This document shows, in pieces, positions 17,497 to 21,727 of a stretch of 21,727 nucleotides of DNA. Both the position numbers and the translations under genes were made by a program. A model generated the notes under the pieces. It ran no database searches. It saw only the letters and a list, made by a program, of their open reading frames with translations, and was not told the DNA's origin. This DNA is from Fidelibacterota bacterium (GTDB taxonomy: Bacteria; Fidelibacterota; Marinisomatia; Marinisomatales; JABMOV01), in assembly GCA_046861395.1 (NCBI GenBank), contig JBHHUC010000034.1, positions 1 through 21,727 on the forward strand, written 5' to 3'. Numbering within the stretch: the stretch's first letter is position 1; the number at the start of each line of letters is the position of its first letter.

Positions 17497-18342
17497 ATGA
17501 AAAAATATGTCGATCTGATTATCAAATTAGGACACGTTGACCGGCGCTATATTTTCGTGATTATCGCCATCGTCGTCATGTTACCCTTATTCTTTCCCCT
17601 GGGACTTCCCATCCGGGCCAGTGATTCAACGTTGGTGGCCTATACCGCCATGGAAAATCTGCCGCCGAATTCAAAAGTCCTTGTTTCCTTTGAATACGGT
17701 CCCAGTACCAAACCGGAAATTCATCCCATGGCCATTTCGGTGATGCGGCACCTCTTCCGTAACGGACACCAGGTTTATGTAACCTGTCTCTGGCCGGACG
17801 GTCAATTCATGGCCCTGGAGGCGTTACATCAGGTGGCGGAAAATGAATTTCATCTGGAATACGGCAAGGATTATGTCCTGCTGGGTTTTCGCCCGGGTAA
17901 TGAAGCCGTGATCAAGGGATTGGTAAGTGATCTGAGAAAAATGTACACCGTGGATGTCCATGGGAATCTCATTGACGATATTCCCATGATGGATGGCATG
18001 AACAACGTGTATGATTTTGACTTTATTTTCAGTGCTTCCGCTGGTTATCCCGGTACCGTGGAATGGGTGCAATACGCTTCCGATCCAACCGGGGTTCCCA
18101 TGAGTACGGGTACGACATCCATTCAGGTGAATGAAGTCATGCCTTACGTCCAGTCGGGACAGATTAATGGCATCCTGGCCGGAATGCCCGGAGCAGCAGA
18201 ATATGAATCGTTGATCGGGCAACCGGGGATTGGTACTAGTGGGATGGACGCCCAGTCCATTGCCCATGTTGTAATTGTGTTATTCATTGTTTTCGGTAAT
18301 ATTGCCTTCTTCCTGGAACGGCAACGATCAAAAAAATATTAA
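17497..18342 (+). CDS. Uncharacterised membrane-anchored protein (N- and C-terminal TM, central alpha/beta domain)
   Basis: DRRYIFVIIAIVVMLPLFF TM; VLVSFEYGPS, YGKDYVLLGF, PYVQSGQINGILAGMPGAAEYE; C-terminal TM; GGAG RBS. Confidence 0.82.
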   Translation: MKKYVDLIIKLGHVDRRYIFVIIAIVVMLPLFFPLGLPIRASDSTLVAYTAMENLPPNSKVLVSFEYGPSTKPEIHPMAISVMRHLFRNGHQVYVTCLWPDGQFMALEALHQVAENEFHLEYGKDYVLLGFRPGNEAVIKGLVSDLRKMYTVDVHGNLIDDIPMMDGMNNVYDFDFIFSASAGYPGTVEWVQYASDPTGVPMSTGTTSIQVNEVMPYVQSGQINGILAGMPGAAEYESLIGQPGIGTSGMDAQSIAHVVIVLFIVFGNIAFFLERQRSKKY

Positions 18343-18352
18343 GGAGAATCTC

Positions 18353-19183
18353 ATGAGTGCAGATATTATCGGAGCCTGGATCGCTGTCTTTCTGACGTTG
18401 GCTATCTTTTCCTATCTTTACAAGGATAATCCTTTCTATAAAATTGCCGAACACGTATTCGTGGGTGTGTCCGCCGGTTACTGGGCCTCCATGTTCTTCT
18501 GGACCCAGATTCAGCCCAATCTTTTCGGCCGTCTCTGGCCCGCCAGCGAATACAGTGACGATTCCTGGTGGTACGGACTGTATAATGTTCTGGGTTCCGT
18601 ATCATCGGCTGTCTTTCCGGCCGGGGGAATCGATCGTGGTCACGGCATGCACCTGATTTATATCATCCCCTTCATCCTGGGAATCATGATGTTACTCAGT
18701 GTGTCGTCCAGGATGAGTTGGTTTGCCCGGTGGGGTATCGCCTACACCGTGGGTATGGCAGCCGGATTACGGGCCTACGGCTTTCTGAATTCCAATGTCA
18801 TTGGCCAGATCAAGGGTACGGCCGTGAAACTCACCGGCGATATGCCACTCTTTGCCATGATCGGTGAAAGCTATTTCAACAGCATTATCATTTTGGTGGG
18901 GACCTTTTCCGGACTACTCTATTTCTATTTTTCCCGGGAGCATAAGGGCTTTATTGGAAAAGTCAGCCGCATGGGGATATATTTCCTCATGGTCAGCTTT
19001 GGTGCGTCCTTCGGTTTTGCCGTCATGGGACGTATTTCCCTGCTGGTGGGACGTTTTACCACCTTGATCGATTATTCCAGGGCCGAATATAATCATGCGT
19101 CATTATGGCTGTTTGTCATTATGGTCGTCATTCTTGGGATCTGGGCTTTCCGGGAAAAAGATAACTCCAACGCTTCGGCCTGA
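18353..19183 (+). CDS. Uncharacterised polytopic membrane protein
   Basis: AAGGAG RBS before the ATG at 18353; about 7 TM segments; LAIFSYLYKDNPFYKIAEHVFVGVSAGY and FLMVSFGASFGFAVMGRISLL. Confidence 0.82.
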   Translation: MSADIIGAWIAVFLTLAIFSYLYKDNPFYKIAEHVFVGVSAGYWASMFFWTQIQPNLFGRLWPASEYSDDSWWYGLYNVLGSVSSAVFPAGGIDRGHGMHLIYIIPFILGIMMLLSVSSRMSWFARWGIAYTVGMAAGLRAYGFLNSNVIGQIKGTAVKLTGDMPLFAMIGESYFNSIIILVGTFSGLLYFYFSREHKGFIGKVSRMGIYFLMVSFGASFGFAVMGRISLLVGRFTTLIDYSRAEYNHASLWLFVIMVVILGIWAFREKDNSNASA

Positions 19184-20106
19184 TGCCCGCTGAGGTGCTG
19201 CTGGATATCACGGAGATATCTGTAGCATATCCTAAAAATGGAAGCACGATCCCGGTTGTGGATCGTGCTTCTTTTCATATAAACAGAGGCGAATTTCTTG
19301 CCATCGTCGGGGAATCCGGCTGCGGGAAATCACAACTGGTTCTGGCGCTGTGCGGATTAAGTCCTCGCCAAGCAGAGATCCGTAAAATCATCAACGCTTC
19401 CCGGGTGGTGAAAATGTCCATGATTTTTCAGGAACCGCTGAGTGCCCTGAATCCGGTTCTGACCATCGGGGAACAGGTGCGGGAAGCATTGGCATCGCCG
19501 GCAGGAAAAAAGGAAGACCGGGCCGCCGTCATCGATTTATTGTCAGCGGTGGGCATTGACGATGCCGAAAACCGTCTGGAACAGTATCCGCATGAATTTT
19601 CCGGTGGCATGCGGCAGCGAGTGTTGATTGCCATGGCTCTGGCGCGGGAACCGGACCTCCTGATTGCCGATGAGCCGACTACGGCACTGGATGTGACGGT
19701 ACAGCGCCAAATTCTGGAACTCCTGAAAGAAATTCAGGAACAACGAAACCTCACCATTTTATTCATTACCCATGATTTGAGTATTCTGCCGCATCTGGCG
19801 CAACGGATCATGGTCATGTATGCTGGGAAAATCATCGAAGCAGGGACTATGGATGATATTATCCATTCTCCGCGTCATCCCTATACGCAAAAGTTGCTGG
19901 CCACCGCTCAATTGGAAAAAACAGAAGAAGATGAATTCGTTTCCATACCCGGAACAGTTCCCATTCCCGGGGAATATCCGGCCGGCTGCCGGTTCGCACC
20001 CCGCTGTACTATTGCGCGGGAGGATTGTTCTCAAAAGGAACCGGATTGGCAGCAGGACCGTGATCACGGCTGGGCTTGTCCAGTGACGATGTCTGACGCA
20101 CACTGA
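19183..20106 (+). CDS. OppD/DppD-type ABC ATP-binding protein, orphan in this window
   Basis: Walker A GESGCGKS, Q-loop FQEP, signature FSGGMRQR, Walker B LLIADEPTTALD, ITHD, HPYT, and C-terminal C-x5-C-x6-C-x16-C. Confidence 0.92.
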   Translation: MPAEVLLDITEISVAYPKNGSTIPVVDRASFHINRGEFLAIVGESGCGKSQLVLALCGLSPRQAEIRKIINASRVVKMSMIFQEPLSALNPVLTIGEQVREALASPAGKKEDRAAVIDLLSAVGIDDAENRLEQYPHEFSGGMRQRVLIAMALAREPDLLIADEPTTALDVTVQRQILELLKEIQEQRNLTILFITHDLSILPHLAQRIMVMYAGKIIEAGTMDDIIHSPRHPYTQKLLATAQLEKTEEDEFVSIPGTVPIPGEYPAGCRFAPRCTIAREDCSQKEPDWQQDRDHGWACPVTMSDAH

Positions 20107-20968
20107 TCAGGTAAACGGCCGTCATGGTGAATATACCGCCGATCACGACGTTGGGCGTCAATTGTTCTCCCAGAAATATCATGCTGAATCCCATGGCCGT
20201 GATAGGGACGGTAAAAATGAAGGCACTGGCCTTACCGGATCCCAGATGGGTAGCGCCGATAAAAAAGATTGATGTACCCACGGCCAAGGCTCCCAGGGAC
20301 AAGAAAGCCAGGTGGATCCAAAACGTCATGTCAAATGAAAAAATATTCGCAACCGGTTCCAACACGGCCACGGGAATAGTAATGAGCGAGGCGGTCAAAT
20401 ATATCCAGAAACTGAAAGTGAGAGGATGGATAACATCTTTGCTGCGGGAGGATATGATGGTCACAAACGCCCAGGTGGAAGATGCCAGGAGAAAATATAC
20501 GTTCCCGCTTTTTAATAATTGTTCCCCGCTGATGTGCCAGATTTCCAGCATGATACTGCCACCGATGAACCCCAGAAAAAGACCGAGAATATCCTTTTTT
20601 TGTATGAAAACCCTGAACAGAAGAAAGGAATAGAAAAAGGTGAACAAGGGATTCAAGGTTGTTACCAGGATCCCACCGGCGCCGGCCAGTCCGGTTCGGG
20701 TTCCCAGGAGGAATAAGATATTGTAGCAAATGATGCAAAATCCTCCGGCCACAATAAAACATAGACTTTTTCGTGGCGGCAGAAGCGGAATACGGAGAAA
20801 ATAGAGTAACGGTCCCATGGCCAGCCAGCCCAACAGGAAACGCCAGAAAATAATGATGGGAACAGACGTGTATTGTCCGACGATCTTGGCATTTGTCCAG
20901 GAAAATCCCCAGAGCGACATGGCGAAGAGCATCAACAATGCAAACCAGATAGGAGAACGCTTTTTCAT
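20009..20968 (-). CDS. DMT superfamily EamA/RhaT transporter
   Basis: About 10 TM in two repeats: LWGFSW, FWRFLLG, LNPLFT, GSGKASAFIFTVPITAMGFSMIFLGEQLT. Confidence 0.9.
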   Translation of the reverse strand: MKKRSPIWFALLMLFAMSLWGFSWTNAKIVGQYTSVPIIIFWRFLLGWLAMGPLLYFLRIPLLPPRKSLCFIVAGGFCIICYNILFLLGTRTGLAGAGGILVTTLNPLFTFFYSFLLFRVFIQKKDILGLFLGFIGGSIMLEIWHISGEQLLKSGNVYFLLASSTWAFVTIISSRSKDVIHPLTFSFWIYLTASLITIPVAVLEPVANIFSFDMTFWIHLAFLSLGALAVGTSIFFIGATHLGSGKASAFIFTVPITAMGFSMIFLGEQLTPNVVIGGIFTMTAVYLISVRQTSSLDKPSRDHGPAANPVPFENNPPAQ

Positions 20969-21017
20969 GAAGAAAATTAATAGTCCGCAGAGGAGAATCG
21001 AACAGGATTTTACGCTG

Positions 21018-21047
21018 TTGTCAGCGTGATTCTGACATGAGTATATT
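21018..21047 (+). promoter_or_regulatory. Putative sigma70 promoter for the UDG gene
   Basis: TTGTCA (21018-21023), 18-nt spacer, TATATT (21042-21047). Confidence 0.45.
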
Positions 21048-21051
21048 GAAG

Positions 21052-21727
21052 ATGATGGTTACATTAAAAGATTTGAATTCAGAAATTATTGCCTGTCGCC
21101 GCTGTCCGCGACTGGTGGAATTCCGGGAGAAAATCGCACGGGAAAAGCGTAAACAATTCCTGGACTGGGATTACTGGGGGAAGGCCATTCCCGGGTACGG
21201 CTCACCACAGGCCCGGCTTCTGATTGTCGGACTGGCTCCGGCCGCGCATGGCGGCAACCGCACCGGACGCGTTTTCACCGGCGATAAATCGGCCGATTTT
21301 CTCATGGATTGTCTGTATGACTGCGGATTGGCCAATCAGCCCACTTCCCTGTCCCGTGATGACGGTTTGGTTTTGCATCAGGCTTACATGACGCCGGTCC
21401 TGAAATGCGTCCCGCCAGGTGATAAACCGCGACCAGAGGAATTGCGCCATTGTGCACCCTATTTTCAACGGGAGCTGGAATTGTTGTCCGATTTGAAGAT
21501 CCTGCTGGCCCTGGGAAAAATCGCGTTTGATGCCGTCCTGCGCCAATACCGCCAATTCTATACCTTCAAAATGAAGGATTATCCCTTTACCCATTATAAA
21601 TTTCATACCTTGCCGGATGGAAAAACGTTGGTTTCATCGTATCATCCCAGCCCCCGGAATGTAAATACCGGACGCTTAACGAAATCCATGCTGGTGACAT
21701 TATTGAATGAAATAAAGAGACTAGTAT
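21052..21727 (+). CDS. Uracil-DNA glycosylase family 5 (UdgB-like); stop codon beyond the window end, so absent from the ORF track
   Basis: Manual translation: MMVTLKDLNSEIIACRRCPRLVEFRE...YWGKAIPGYG...IVGLAPAAHGGNRTGRVFTGDKS...KCVPPGDKP...HC...SYHPSPRNVNTGRLT; four Cys ligands for [4Fe-4S]. Confidence 0.93.
   Translation, partial: MMVTLKDLNSEIIACRRCPRLVEFREKIAREKRKQFLDWDYWGKAIPGYGSPQARLLIVGLAPAAHGGNRTGRVFTGDKSADFLMDCLYDCGLANQPTSLSRDDGLVLHQAYMTPVLKCVPPGDKPRPEELRHCAPYFQRELELLSDLKILLALGKIAFDAVLRQYRQFYTFKMKDYPFTHYKFHTLPDGKTLVSSYHPSPRNVNTGRLTKSMLVTLLNEIKRLV

Noticed and set aside
14104..19183. Interpretation as an Rnf/Nqr, ECF or standard ABC permease cluster
   Set aside because: No Fe-S Cys motifs, FMN-attachment SGAT motifs or EAA loops were recognised in these proteins.
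20124..20633. 169-aa plus-strand ORF, and other long shadow ORFs such as 5412-5864, 9171-9692, 13422-13850 and 17824-18267
   Set aside because: Antisense shadows of well-supported genes, with no motifs of their own.
21202..21606. 134-aa minus-strand ORF in the ORF track
   Set aside because: Antisense to the clearly recognisable family-5 UDG on the plus strand.

Overview
Bacterial chromosomal window of roughly 50% GC; gene content and protein style suggest an FCB-group lineage such as Marinimicrobia (inference only). The left part is housekeeping: 3' part of icd with its terminator, obgE, dprA and tRNA-Ser(GCT). Directly after the tRNA lies a 462-bp unit present as one full copy plus an identical 314-bp partial copy. 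It begins inside the tRNA 3' end and carries a small GIY-YIG nuclease gene flanked by two related, oppositely oriented bulged hairpins. Next come small genes (TerB-like, BolA, YkvA/DUF1232, a CPxC zinc-ribbon protein), then plsX, a TPR lipoprotein, pyrK-pyrD, rlpA, a DAG-kinase-family gene and cdsA. The most interesting region is a tightly packed operon at 12262-20106. It encodes a GlmL/MutL-like ASKHA ATPase with no B12 mutase in the window, a barrel-sandwich-hybrid/KOW protein, a small protein, four uncharacterised membrane proteins (one DUF6754-like, one with an L7/L12-CTD-like insert) and a coupled orphan OppD/DppD-type ATPase. Together these are a candidate undescribed ATP-driven membrane complex. 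The window ends with an EamA/DMT transporter (-) and a family-5 uracil-DNA glycosylase that runs off the end and is missing from the ORF track.
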